From the NCBI RefSeq assembly GCF_009914755.1, contig NC_060930.1: a stretch of 64,000 bases of DNA. One strand, given 5' to 3'. Made by a program: the position numbers and the translations under genes. The notes under the pieces are model-generated. The model was not told where the DNA came from and searched no databases. It worked only from the letters and a program-made list of their open reading frames with translations. Below are positions 12,061 to 27,999 of this stretch, piece after piece (position 1 is the first letter of the stretch; the number at the start of each line of letters is the position of its first letter). This stretch comes from the human T2T-CHM13v2.0 reference genome, Homo sapiens.

Positions 12061-12739
12061 CACTGACTATTCGAGTAATAAGATATTACCCCACCTCACT
12101 CAGGTGATAAAGGTGTTCAGCCTATAATCAAACTAGACAATGATCTCTCAAGGGTGTTTCTAGATTTCATGTTCTGCAGTTTAGCAAATGGAAATAAACT
12201 TTGTTATTTAATACAATAAGACAGTCGTCTTCAATGAGTCCACAATAACTTAGGCCGGCTCACAGTGATCACACCCTTCTCTAAACACATCACATGTTGT
12301 TCATACGATTCATTTGGAAATTAATCACATGCAGCTTGATGCTGTCAATCATTGTTATTTTCCTTTTTAATGTTTTTTTTGCATTCAAATATATATCTCA
12401 TCTCTCCAACTAGACTATAAATCCCTTCAGGACTATTTGATGTGCTTCTTGTGTATATTAAATAAGATAATGTATATCAAGGACCTAGTATCATATCTAG
12501 CACATAGTAAAGCTCAATAAATAATAGTCACTGTTTTCTTTCAGATGACCTACCATGAATTTCAGTCTAGAGTATAGACAGCAAGCTATCAATTAACCAA
12601 TTCTAGTAGGAAATGCACATTGTGGGATATTGTTTGAAGACTTTTTGAACAATAATCACATAGGACTTAAAAAGAATACTCTAGGCTTTGTGTCAAATGA
12701 CATCCTTAATTGAGAACAATATTTTAGACTCAAGAGGGG

Positions 12740-12945
12740 GCAGTGATGTTGAACACAGTTTTTGGAGTCAGATCCTGTTTTGGATGTCTACTCCAATTTT
12801 TACTAGATGTATGACCTTGGCCAAAGTATATCACTCTGTTAACTCCAACAGGAGAATGATAATACCTGCTCCAGGACTGTGGTAAGAATTAAAGGAATTA
12901 AAGTGACAAAATGGCATAGGGCCAAATAGTAGTAGTTACTCCTGT
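12740..12945 (+). mobile_element. MIR
   Basis: ttttggagtcagatcctg...tgtatgaccttggccaaag...gataatacctgct...gtggtaagaattaaa. Confidence 0.75.
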
Positions 12946-12958
12946 TATTAAGAGTCCA

Positions 12959-13256
<298 letters not shown>

Positions 13257-13899
13257 CTAGGACTCAGTAGTCCATCATAAGAGAAAGATTAACATGCCCA
13301 CAAGGGAAGAGAAATGAGAACATGGTCTGACAATCTCCTACTTCACCAGGCCAATCTTTTTACCCTCTGAGAACTAACTAGAATCGATAGCATAGGAATT
13401 AACAAATTTAATGCATGTATACTCTGGCAAAAAATTGCTTCAAATTCTAGGAAATGTATTTCCTATGTGTAGATAGGAGATTGAAAAGATAAAGCATGTG
13501 TACCAATCATAGAAACATAAGACTCCTTATCAGTTACATGTTTGAGTAGGCTACATAGCTATTAAATTTATGATTGTAAGACTATAAAGGCATTTTAAAA
13601 GAAAAGTAATTGCATTTTGTTTCCAACTGTGAGTTTATGTCATCACAATCTTGAAATATTTGTTTTTATAGAATTTTTAGATTTTTTTATTCAATCAATA
13701 GAAACATTATAAAAATTATGGAGAGGAAAGAGCTACCAAATATAGGTAGCTAGGAAATTGAAAAGATAAAGCATGTGTAACAATTATAATTTTTACAATT
13801 ATACACATGATACAGTTTGAGAATTGAAATCAGATATTCAGTAATGTAGTGATGGGAGGGTGTCTTTTTACCTTTTTGGTGAAAATAATAGTAACTTTA

Positions 13900-15700
<1,801 letters not shown>

Positions 15701-16404
15701 TTAAATTTTTTTCCAACAATAAAATATATCCCAGGGGCCAAGCAATGTCACTGGAATAAATTCCTTTCACAGACGTAAAGGGCTTGATGACAGTTATTTT
15801 CCAAGTCTAGGGTCCCACAATCACATCTCTGAAAGATTTTCTACATGAAGTGTTTGAAGAAGTGGTGGACGTGTCACTGATCTCTGAGGTCCATTCCAGG
15901 TCTCCTTTAAGGCAGAGGTGGGGCACGCAGGAGAGAAGAAAAGGTAATACTGATAACAGAATCTGAACCAAATGTTGTTGCATGCTAGAAATGATTAGAT
16001 GCCCTTGTCATGGAGCTGTTACAGAGGTCTGGGGTGAAAGAGGGAAAGAAGAGGTCAAGTGTAGGCACATGAGTACAAAAAATGTTTATGCTATATAGTG
16101 CAGGGAAAGTGAACCCTTAACCTACTCCTAAATCCTCTTTCCTTTTCCTTTCTAAATATCCTTTCGTGCTGTGAAGGGAAGAATGGAGGTGGGTCTTATT
16201 GCTACTTATTGACACATATCAGGTTTAGCTACACAATATGTTTGTAATTAAAAGCTTCAGCAAGAATATTCTGCTCCTTTCCTTTGAGGATTTGCAGAGC
16301 ACAGGCTTAGGGCACTGCTACTGAACTGGCTCTCATTATACAATGCCTATTTTAGAAAGTCTATGTCTTATCACCACAGTTACTTTTGGTGGGATTCATG
16401 TCGT

Positions 16405-17425
16405 ACACATTCATTCAATAAATATGCATTGTGTACCTGGTAGGTTTCAGGCCCTGTGCTAGACAGTAAACAGATAGACAAAATTCCTTACTCTCCTGGA
16501 GTTTACATTTTCATAGCAAAAACAGGCACAGAACAAAATAAATGAGTAAATCGAGTATCATGTTTTATTGATTTTTTTAATACACACTTTTTTCCCACAC
16601 TTTAAAACATGTAAATTAGTACATTCTAAAATTTATGGTGAGTCATATGTTACTTGTTGATATTTTTCTTTACAGTGGCCCATAAAATAATGACATAAAC
16701 CTTCATTGATAACACTGAGGATTCAACAAAATACAGTAGGATATTAGGAAGTATTTTCAAAGATAAAGAATAGAAAGTGGAATCTTGCAGTTTTTAGTAG
16801 TATGGTCAGGGTTAGCCTCACTGAGAGGTGTCATTTGAGCCCAGACTTGCTAGATGAAGGAGCAAGCCCTGGAAGGCATCCCAAGCAGTGGAAACAGCAG
16901 ATGCAAACGCCCTGCGACAGGAGGATACCAGACCATGCTCTGGGAAATATAAGACCAGAGTAGGTGGAAGCGAATGAGGTAAGAACAGCAATAGTAAAGG
17001 ATGAAATCAGAGAAATCAAGGGAGCCAGACTGTAGAGGGTCTTGAAGACCATTGTAAGGACTTTAGCTTTCACTCTGAGTGAGATGGGGAGCCGTAGAGG
17101 GCTTTGAGAAGACACAATATGAATCATATTTGAAAAGCACAAAAGCACCTCTAATTGCTGTGTTGAGAATGGGTGGACTGAAGAGAACAAAGGTAAACGT
17201 AGAGACCAATTAGGAATCTATTGCAATATTTCAAGTAAGAGACCAACATGGCTGTCTCCAGGTGTTAGCAATAAAGTGATGAGAAGTGGTCAGATTCTGA
17301 ACAGATTTTGAAGATAAAGCCCATAACTTGGTTTATGCTGGATGCCGGGTTTGAGAGACAGAGGTGGGTCATGGATGACTCCAAGGTTTGGGCCCGAAAG
17401 ACTAGAACTAAGGTGTCACCATCAG
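16405..17425 (-). mobile_element. L2a, 3' ~0.8 kb, interrupted by MER104
   Basis: tcattcaataaatat tail; minus ORF 16831-17190 contains LPISLRVKAKVLTMVFKTLYSLAP, the L2 ORF2 C-terminal signature. Confidence 0.9.
16558..16737. mobile_element. MER104 (TcMar-Tc2) MITE
   Basis: cacacttttttcccacactttaa...tttctttacagtggcccataaaataatg...gattcaacaaaatacag; degenerate TIRs with TA flanks. Confidence 0.7.
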
Positions 17426-17589
17426 TCATTCTGATTGTAAACCAAAGGTTCCTCATGCTAAATCAGCAAGTTTCTGACTGTGTCTAGAGTTGTGTATCTA
17501 AAACTAAGTATTTCAAACAGTAATGACCATGAGAGTTTTGGCTCACCAAAGGAAGGGAAAGAGGAAGAAAGGCCAGATAAAAGGGGATT

Positions 17590-17730
17590 AACTATTCTAC
17601 CAGGTTGTTCACATACAATATCATTGAATTCCAACAACCACCATTCAGTGTTGGTATTATTATCCCTGTTTTACAAGTAAGGAGATTGGGCCTCAGGCTG
17701 GTTAAGTAACTTGCCAAGCTCACATGGCTA
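17590..17730 (-). mobile_element. MIR
   Basis: tattattatccctgttttacaagtaagg...ggttaagtaacttgccaagctcacatggcta. Confidence 0.8.
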
Positions 17731-17862
17731 TTGCCACCCTCGTAGAGGTGGGAGTTTTCCCCTTAGAACTGGTTGCAGTTCTTTAACCAGTTAAGAGCTT
17801 CCAACTCTGCCCCACCTTATTCTCCTAGAGGCATTGAGATTTTTTTTTCTTTCTTTCTCCAG

Positions 17863-17939
17863 ATCAGTGGAAGAATATTTCAGTTGATACAACATAGTAT
17901 TGTTCCCAAAACCATCCTTCAGCCAAAAATAGATAAAAG
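17863..17939 (+). other. Weak candidate exon (77 or 86 nt)
   Basis: Strong acceptor tttttttttctttctttctccag|A; only moderate donors AAG|GTAAAA (17940) or AGG|GTAAAT (17949). Confidence 0.25.
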
Positions 17940-17949
17940 GTAAAAAGGG

Positions 17950-18545
17950 TAAATATTATAGACTATCCTCATGACTTTCTTATAATAGATGTTTGAGGCA
18001 AAAATTATAAGACCACCTGATGTGGTCATCAATATACTTAAACGAAATAAAGAGAATTATATATTAAAACTAAGGGCTGAGAAAGGTGGCTCATGCCTAT
18101 AATCTCAGCACTTTAGGAGGCAAAGGCAGAAGGATCTTTTGAGATCAGGAGTTTCAGACCAGCCCTGGCAACATAGTGACACCTCGTTTCTTTAAAAAAA
18201 AAATTAAAAATTATCTGGGCACGGTGGACATCTATAGCGCCAGCTCTTAGGGAGGCTGAGGGGTGAGGATCACTTGAACCTGGGAGGTCAAGGATGTGGT
18301 GAGCTATGATCATACAACTCAGTCTAGCCTGGGCAAGAAAGTGAGACTCTGTCTCAAAAAAAAAAAAAAAGTAAGGAAGTAAGGACCTAAATGTAAGTAA
18401 GCTTTCTACACTTCACCTGAGGTAGTAAAACTGATAACAGTAGACTGTAGTATGTTATACGTGCATATTGTAATATGGACAGCAACCACTCAAAAGTATA
18501 CAAAGCTATGTACTCAATAACACTATGAATAAATCAAGACGGAAT
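17950..18545 (+). mobile_element. Old L1M (MC/MD-like) fragment interrupted by AluJ
   Basis: aaggacctaaatgtaagtaagctttctacacttcac...agtagactgt...atattgtaata...agcaaccact. Confidence 0.6.
18075..18370 (+). mobile_element. AluJ (Jo-like)
   Basis: Sense dimer with J-type gaggtcaagg...gagctatgatc; TSD aaaactaag/aaaagtaag. Confidence 0.95.
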
Positions 18546-19572
18546 GAATGAATAGAAATTCATTCTCAGAAATATCTAATTTAAGAGGCTTGTTTTCAAC
18601 AACAAAAAAATCATTGCATATAAATTTTTAACATCGTCATGATACGTGATGCTGATCAAAGGATCTTTTGTAAATCACTGGATAAGATGATGAAAATTTT
18701 TAATCATGAAAAAATACAAAATCATTGTAAATGAAAGGTAAAATCAGCCTGACTGTGTCAAAAGCAGAAAGCCTGGGCATTTCATAATCACAATCATGTC
18801 CTGAACTCATAATTTCACTCATGTTAACATTTGTTTTTAAATTTACTGCCTCTAACCTGATCCAAAGCAGCTGCTTTCCCACAAGGAGGCTTATCTTTTT
18901 CAGCATGGAAAATAAAATGGGGTTAAAAATGCAACCAGATCCAGCCCATCGCCGGGAAATTTCAGTTCAGAAGAGGATATATGCAGTGCCAGAAGCTCAA
19001 ACAGTTGGTTTGAAGGCAGGATTATCTTGTTCTCAAGACAGAGTCATTAGGACAAGGTAGAGGGCTGCTGTGCACAGGCGTCTCCACGGCGCACGAACGC
19101 CAGACCCCTTCCATTGTCCCTGGCTGGGATGAACTCTTCAAAGCTGGCCACTTGAAGCATGCAGGTCCTGGCTGAGGTCAGCTCTGCTGCTGCTCACCCA
19201 GTGACCCCTGGTCCAAGCAGACAGAGAAAGGGACACTGCCTCTCTGGAAGATCAAAGCCCAGCTTAACTCACTGTTTCTCTCAACTCTCCTGCTCAGGAG
19301 GCTGAGCTGGTTAATGAGGGAGGGGTGGAGGCAGAAAAAAGGAAAGGCATTTTAGCACAATGTAGAGCATTGCTAGCTCCCCAAGAAACACTATGCTGAA
19401 GTATCACTGGCCATAGTGGCTAAAATGTAACTAGCCAGCTGCCCCTGCCATGCAGCATTGAGAAACACAAACAACTGAGGAAAATGCAGGGTTGACAACA
19501 GGTAATGAGGTGAGCAGAAATTATGTCGGGAGAGTGGCTCTCACAGACAGATGCTCTCTCTCACCGGCTCAC

Positions 19573-19601
19573 CTTCCAGCAGAAGTTCTGACTCATCACA
19601 G
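19573..19601 (-). other. Candidate minus-strand micro-exon (29 nt; 37 nt with the second donor)
   Basis: Minus strand reads ctccttctcctccttCTGACctttctttgacag|CTGTGATGAGTCAGAACTTCTGCTGGAAG|gtgagccg|gtgaga. Confidence 0.4.
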
Positions 19602-19931
19602 CTGTCAAAGAAAGGTCAGAAGGAGGAGAAGGAGCAGCTTGGGGCTGCTTTTTCTCAAAGGTATTTGCTTCCTCTTGTTTTGACATTGTCCCCACAACCT
19701 GTACTACAGTGACTTCTGAGCCTCCAGGATGGACACGTTGGTCACTCAGGCTCTGTTCTGCTATTTGGTGATCAACCATTCTGGTTTGCCTGGAACTTTC
19801 CTTCTACTGTCCTATGTCCCAGGAAATACCTCATACCTAAAACTCCCACATCCCAGAAAACCTCTCATGGTCATCCTAGTTGTGAGTTAGCAAGATTGCA
19901 TAGATGACTGTGTGGTTTGGGGAAAGGTAAC

Positions 19932-20818
<887 letters not shown>

Positions 20819-20953
20819 GCTTGGCATCTGGGTTTCTCCCCTGAGGCTACAAGTTAAAAATTTTGGGTGAAGACACTGGATGGCTAGCAGGTGAAACAGA
20901 TAAAGTATGAAGTCATTTAGGCCAAGAAAGAGCTTTAAGATGAAACTTAGAGT

Positions 20954-21292
20954 TGTATTAGTCCATTTTCATACTGCTATGAAGAAATGCCTGAGACTGG
21001 ATAATGTATAAAGAAAAGGAGGTTTAATGGACTCACAGTTCCACATGGCTGCTGGGGAGGCCTCACACTCATGGAGGAAGGCAAATGAAGAGCAAAGGCA
21101 TGTCTTACCTGGTGGCAGGCAAGAGTGTGCAAGGGACAGATCTCGTGAGACTTACTATCACAAGAACAGCACAGGAAAAGCCCACCCCCATGATTCAATT
21201 ACCCCCCAACAGTTCCCTCCCACAACATGTGGGCATTATGAGAGCTACCATTCAAGATGAGATTTGCGGGGGGACACAGCCAAACCATATCA
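20954..21292 (-). mobile_element. THE1C/D solo LTR with internal deletion
   Basis: tgtattagtccattttc ... gacacagccaaaccatatca; TSD agagt/ggagt. Confidence 0.92.
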
Positions 21293-22092
21293 GGAGTCAT
21301 CAATGAGTTTAGCGAATTGACTTTTTTCATAAACACTGCTTATATACAAATTGGCCTGAGGGGGAAAATATGTATATAATATTTTTTTGCCCCCCATAGG
21401 ATGTTTGACAATAAGTAAAATATTGTCATATATATGTGTAATATGTGAAATATATATTAAGATAATTTTTATATATGTGTGTATATATATATATATATAC
21501 TTTTCATTTTCATAAAAAGGAATTACCAATAACATTTGTTGACTGATGGCCTGATCTTACTGACCTCCCTCAGATATATCTATGCTCCCATAGAATAATA
21601 TATCCACATATGAAACTTCCCTGGGTGAACTTACATTTTTTTCAAGATGAAGGAATCACCTAGTTTTACTCCCATTTGTAGACAAATAAATTTCTTTATA
21701 TATTTTCCTTTTTAAATGTTTTTATTAGTACATAATTATACATATGTATGAGGTACATGTGATATTTTAATACATGCATACAATGTGTAATGATCAAATC
21801 AGGGTATTTAGGATATCCATCACCCCAAACATTTGCCATTTTTTGTGATGTGAACATTTCAAGTCTTCTAGCTATTTTAAAATATACAGTACATTGCTGT
21901 GAATTATAGTCACCCTACTGTGCCATTCAAATACTAGGACATCCTTTTATCTAACTGTATGTTGGTATGAATTAACCAACCAATGAACTTCTCTTCATTT
22001 CCCTCCTACCTCTATTCTTTCCAGCTTCTAATAACTATCACTCTATTCTCTACCTCCATGACACCCATATTTTTGGCTCCACATCTGAGTGA

Positions 22093-22501
<409 letters not shown>

Positions 22502-22524
22502 TAATGGCTGAATAATACTCTATT

Positions 22525-22634
22525 GTGTGTGTATATATGATATATACAATGTGATATATATGTGTGTGATATATATATAATGTGATATATATGTGATACA
22601 TTTTATATATATAATGTTTTATATATATATATAT
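22525..22634. repeat. TA/TG-rich simple repeat inside L1MA
   Basis: Direct reading. Confidence 0.85.
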
Positions 22635-23141
22635 CACATTTTCTTTATTTATTCACCTGTTAATGTACACTTAGGTTGATTCCATAGCTTGGTTATTGTG
22701 AACAGTGCTGCAATAAACATGGGAGTACAGATATCCCTTTTATAAGCTGATTTCCTTTCCTTTGAATAAATATCCAGTAGTAAGACTGCTGACTCATATT
22801 GTAGTTCTATTTTTTGTTTTTTGAGAAACCTTCACAGTGTTTACCATAATGGCTATGCTGATTTACATTCCCACCAACAGTGCACAGCCTCACCAGCAAT
22901 TAGATATTTTTCTAACAGACTGAGGGCCAGAACATCTTACTCAGCAAAGCATTATACTGAAGACATTACAGTTTATTATTATTGAAATTCTTGGAGGCTA
23001 AAAATGAGAAGGTGGAAAGCAAATGCGTGAAATAACTTTGAAAGCTACAATAAAAGAGATACTACAATTAGCATCTTAGCCCATAAAAAACACATTAAAA
23101 TCATTACAGGGCACACTTCAAATGATGCAACAAGTAGGGAA

Positions 23142-23179
23142 AAAGTCTACCAATATCCCCAAAGTCTACCCATATCCCC
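23142..23179. repeat. 19-bp tandem duplication
   Basis: aaagtctacc(a/c)atatcccc twice. Confidence 0.85.
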
Positions 23180-23725
23180 AGAGATATCAGTAGACTTTTT
23201 TCACAGGAAAAAAAGGGGTAAACAATATATTTTGTGTTTTCTAACTCTCTGTAGTATGATGTATACCAGGCCAGATGGGGTCTATTACTGATGTCAGTGA
23301 CTATCTACTGCAGCCCACCAAGAGCAACTAAATACAATTTATCCATTTGTCCACTTTTTTGTTTTTCTTCCTGATGTCCTTTCTAGCCCCTAAACTGTAG
23401 AACATACGTCCTTCTTTATGTGCCCATGCACTCTCACCTCCCCCATGATCATTTCTGAAGTAGCTTTTTTTCTCCCATAGAAGTTGGTGTCAGTGGCAAT
23501 GTCTGTCTTTTTAGCCATTGTATGCCCAACATTTTGTTACCTTGCTGTACCTATCACACTGCTTTGCCTGTGATATGCCAACCAAGTTAAAACAAACCAC
23601 ACCAAATGCTTTATTTTCTCTGTTAGGCTCTCCAGGAAATATTGGTGATCATAATCACTACTGAAGTTGGTTTCATATGAAGACATTGTCACTGTGTCAC
23701 CCATGAGGTTCCTCAAGGGAGTAGA

Positions 23726-23813
<88 letters not shown>
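23726..23813. repeat. Compound microsatellite (TG)n-(AT)n-(T)n
   Basis: About 9 TG units, 18 AT units and a T run of over 30 nt, uninterrupted. Confidence 0.97.
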
Positions 23814-23925
23814 CTCTTACCCACGCTGAGAGATGGATAGAGAAATGCCTCCAGAAAAGCTGGCTTTTTAAAGTGTATCTATTACCTGGGCAGGGAGTTA
23901 AGAACTCTAAATGGATGCTTCTGCT

Positions 23926-24126
23926 CAGGAGTTCTAACCTTGATACTGAAACTACTAATATTTGGGGCTGGATAATTTTTTGTTGTGTTGTTCTGTCCTC
24001 TGTTTTATAGCATGTTTAGCAGCACCTCTGGTCTCTACTTGATGTCATTAATGATTTCAATTATATTAACCAGATATTGCCAAATGTCCCCTGGGAGGAA
24101 AAATTGCCCCTGGTTGAGAACCACTG
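23926..24126. mobile_element. MER20 (hAT-Charlie)
   Basis: atttggggctggataattttttgttgtg...tgtttagcagca...attgccaaatgtcccctggg...tggttgagaaccactg. Confidence 0.9.
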
Positions 24127-25868
24127 CTGTAATATTTTCTCATAAGCACATTGGAGGAGGAAAAAAATAGTTTTTCATCTTATTGTCACTTGAAAAATAC
24201 CAAGAATCTTCTCTGTAGAATGAAGCACCAGAGTGAAAGGTGTATGTTAGGACAAAAACTCCAACTGTTTCTTCATTCTGATAGCTCCATCATGAATCTG
24301 TCTCCTAACTGCCCTCCCCTCTATGTCACCCCACCTCATTCTCAGAATTCAGTGGAGTAGCCAAGTCACCCACCTTTATTGTCTAAGCATTCTCTGATTG
24401 GAGAAAGGTTTCTGCATCCAAGAAGTGATATAGTGCTTCCCCCCAATAAAAAGAGCATGTTATATGATTGGCAAATTATATTCCCAGAGAGAACTGGGAA
24501 TTTTCCTTTCTGGATGCTCCACTACAAATAATCAGGAGTGGTAACTATCTTATATGAGGGAAGCCATTTTTGTCCCAACTTAGATTATTAGACATTCTCA
24601 ACACACCATTGGGAAAGCCACTTTCCCCACCAAACTGTTTATTTAGAGTAACAGATAATAGATCACTGAATTCCACAGCTACAAGTAAAATCTAACTTTA
24701 GTCCTAAATGTTGGCATACTCTCTTCTACAACCATGAATCAGAGCAATGAACAAATGACGGAACATGTGACTGCTTTTTCCTTTATGATTTCTCTTCCCA
24801 CAAGCCTTATTCTGATGACTGTTGGAGTTAATCTGTAAAATGGCAAAACATGAATAGATAAATTAAAAAATCAAAAAGAGATAGGAAGTGGGAAGGAAAA
24901 GAAATAGAGTGCCTGGATGATTTGCAACATAATTAATCAGTCCTTGAATAATCAAGATCTAAATGTGCAGGAAACACAAGTAATAATGATAGAGGAGGAA
25001 AAAATGAGGCAGTCACAATGGAAGTGCTGAGGCCAACAGGTCCTCTGTAGGACCTCTCGGGAGCACAGCAGATGACTGTTCCGGTATGATGCCTGCTGTG
25101 CATTTCAGAGTCTGAGAAACAAAATGTTTGTTAGGAAAGCAAATGAAGGACTGAGAAATAATTCCTTCTCAGGTAACTGGCTGCCCATCACTACAGACAT
25201 CACTGAGGAGAGGAAATAAAATAGAAAATTACCATAGAAGTTGCCAAAACCCCAGCCCGAATAAAACAAAGTCAGATGGCATGGAAGCCTTGCATGCCTG
25301 AATAAAACACGACTAAATAAAACCAAATTTTGTCCCACAAGAAGAATGGAGAAAACTTTTAACCAATTAGAGAAACTCCATCGTGATCAAATATGACCCA
25401 CGTAATGATTATATGGAACGGTAAACATTTTAATAATATAATTAAATACAAATGTAAAGTTTTTGTTTTCTTCTTTTTGTGAGCTTGTATTTTCTGCTTT
25501 CATGGTCAGCCGCCTAACGTAGTGATTTAATTACCTCAGAGTAAGTCAGTCAAGCTGGCCGTCTGAAAACTGCCTTTTCACAATGCCCTCAACTGACCTG
25601 AAGTGAAACTCAAACTCACCCTTTGTGCCCAGGGTTTTCCTGACAACAAAAGAGGTATTGGTTCTCCTTCCCCAGATACCAGCCCTGGGCTGATTTTCCA
25701 GTCTCTCTCCTCCTCCCTAAGTCTCCTTCCTCTATCCTGTCTTTGCCTTCACTCCACCCTCCACTCACTCCCCACTCCCCACACACAATGGAAAAGAATG
25801 CGGAATCTGCCATCTTGTTTCTCTCAGTTATCACAGAGAAGAGCGTGGGGGTTGTCTTTTATTTCCAG

Positions 25869-25970
25869 GCGCATAAAATTCCTGTCTCTAACAGCTCGGA
25901 CCTTGGTTATTACAACCAACTGTGAAACTGCTTCAGGAGAAGATCTCATGATAATGTTTTGGAGTCATAG
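25869..25970 (+). other. Candidate internal exon (102 nt)
   Basis: Acceptor gttgtcttttatttccag|G and donor TAG|GTAAGA; one open frame. Confidence 0.4.
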
Positions 25971-27812
25971 GTAAGAGGAGGAATCAGAAACACTACCTGA
26001 TAGAATGGACTGAGCAACCACATGGCCTATTGAAAGAACTGGAATTAGACCAGGGAGCATTCAAATCCACTCTTTTGATTCAGATCCTACCTAACTAAAG
26101 AGAAATACCTTCTACAAAATAGAAGGGCTTTAATGAACAGGAAGGATTCCCTAATATGTCTTTGTTGGCTTTTCCTGTGCAAACCACACTGCATGTGACA
26201 GGTACCAAGGTCACAGCACACTTGAGAAACACATTATGCTTGAGGGTAAAAACAGTACTCAGGACCTTGTAAGGAATCATCCCCTTTCCCTCAGTTACTC
26301 AGTTGGTACATTCAGATTCTCTATTAGAAGCTTCTGTGTACAAATTTTGGATATTTATCCTTTTCAAAAAGTAGCAATATATCATAATACTGAATATCTA
26401 ATGGTAGTCAATGCCATGGGAAAAGGTATAGGAGAGGAGAAAGCAAGCATCAAGACTTTTTCTTAAATTATTTAAATATGGTACAGGATATGGGGTATCC
26501 ATCTGAATGCTAACTTGTTTAGTTCAATATGTTTTCTGTTTCTGTTGGCTAGGGTCTAAGAAAATATCTAACGTAATGGGACTTAAACTGATATTAAAAT
26601 CTTCACACTTAAACTTCTTCCACATTAAAAAAAATGAATAAATGAATACACTGTGCATAATGATTCAAGAGTATCCCCTGATAACACTGAAACATCAACC
26701 CACAATTAGAAGCTTTCCGACAAACAACAAATTCTATAGCAATCTTATTCTGCAATATTTTTAGAACACAGCCTCACTGAGAACTGTGTAGTCTCCTCCT
26801 TCCAAAACTTCTTCAAATCACTTCTATAACTTACTTTCCAGAGAAAGCAATCAGTGGTTACACTTGTTCATTATTCCACAGCCTGTGATTCTCAGGAGCA
26901 ACTAATGTGTGGGGCAATATGTTTAATGAGACTAACGACATAAACTTTTGTTCTTCAAAGAGATTTGCAGATTGTCTCTTGTAGGTTGACTTGTTTCTGT
27001 GGTTCAATTTCTTTACTCATAGAAAGGATAGTAGTTATGTGTCACTCCCAAAGGGAGAGAATTCGAAGAGGGAATTTGTAATCAAGCAATTGGTCAATAT
27101 GAATTTGTGCCCACTGGCACAGAGTGAAGACAGGTAGGTGGAGACAGATAAGCAGATACAACCTCCTTGTTAGAGGATGCGAATAAATATACTCCATCTC
27201 TATTAAGATCTGTTAAAAAAGAGCAAAGAGATTTAAGCTATGGCATAGCATAGGTGAGTGAAATGAAAGAAAAGCCTGTATTTCTATGGAGATTATTTAA
27301 GGTATTTATGAAAATTGTAGAATCTATTTCTCTCTATTGTTGAATGAATTATTCCGTTTATGTGGATATGTCCAAATAACAGAATGAATTCTTAGGGATA
27401 CTTTCAACACAATTATTTCATTTCACAGGATGGTTTAAAATGTTACAAATAGTTCAATAGTGAATTTATATTTAAATAATTTCAAACAAACATGGCTATT
27501 TCCAATTGCATTGGAATTGTTACTGCAGTACTAGAGAACATTTATTTTGCGCTTAATCCATTATAAACTGCTATTTAATTGTTTGTAGGAGTTACTTAAG
27601 GTGGTACAATATGGCTGTCTGATAAGAGTTTATTTGTACATACTTAGCTCTGAACATCCAAACATATGGCAATCTGTTTGCTCCACCAAATGCTACTCAG
27701 TATTCTGTTGTCTTTACTATTTTCCGTTAGAGAAGGCATTGTAGGGATTTCTATGGAAAGTACAAGATGTGCATATTTCTGGGTCAAACCAGCTAAAATC
27801 AGCCACTGCACT

Positions 27813-27859
27813 AACCCAAAAAGATGGGTTACTGAATTTCAACCCAAAAAGATGGGTTA
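27813..27859. repeat. Two exact 19-bp self-complementary direct repeats with a 9-bp spacer
   Basis: aacccaaaaagatgggtta at 27813 and 27841. Confidence 0.9.
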
Positions 27860-27999
27860 GGTTTCAGCCCCTTTTACCTTACGAAAGAATTAAATTTAAG
27901 AGAGATACCAATTTTTACCATTAACATGCATTACTTTTGTAAAAATCAAAAGATAAAGACCCAAATGTGGAAAAAATAGAATAGTATTAAAATGATCAG

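Noticed and set aside
23878-23902. Resemblance to the U1 snRNA 5' end (ttacctgggcagggag)
   Set aside because: Under 20 nt of imperfect match with no continuation into U1 sequence
23537-24010. Poly-K/YI and poly-F ORFs
   Set aside because: Translations of the compound microsatellite
27813-27859. CRISPR-like palindromic direct repeats
   Set aside because: Only two 19-bp units with a 9-bp spacer, in primate DNA with no cas genes
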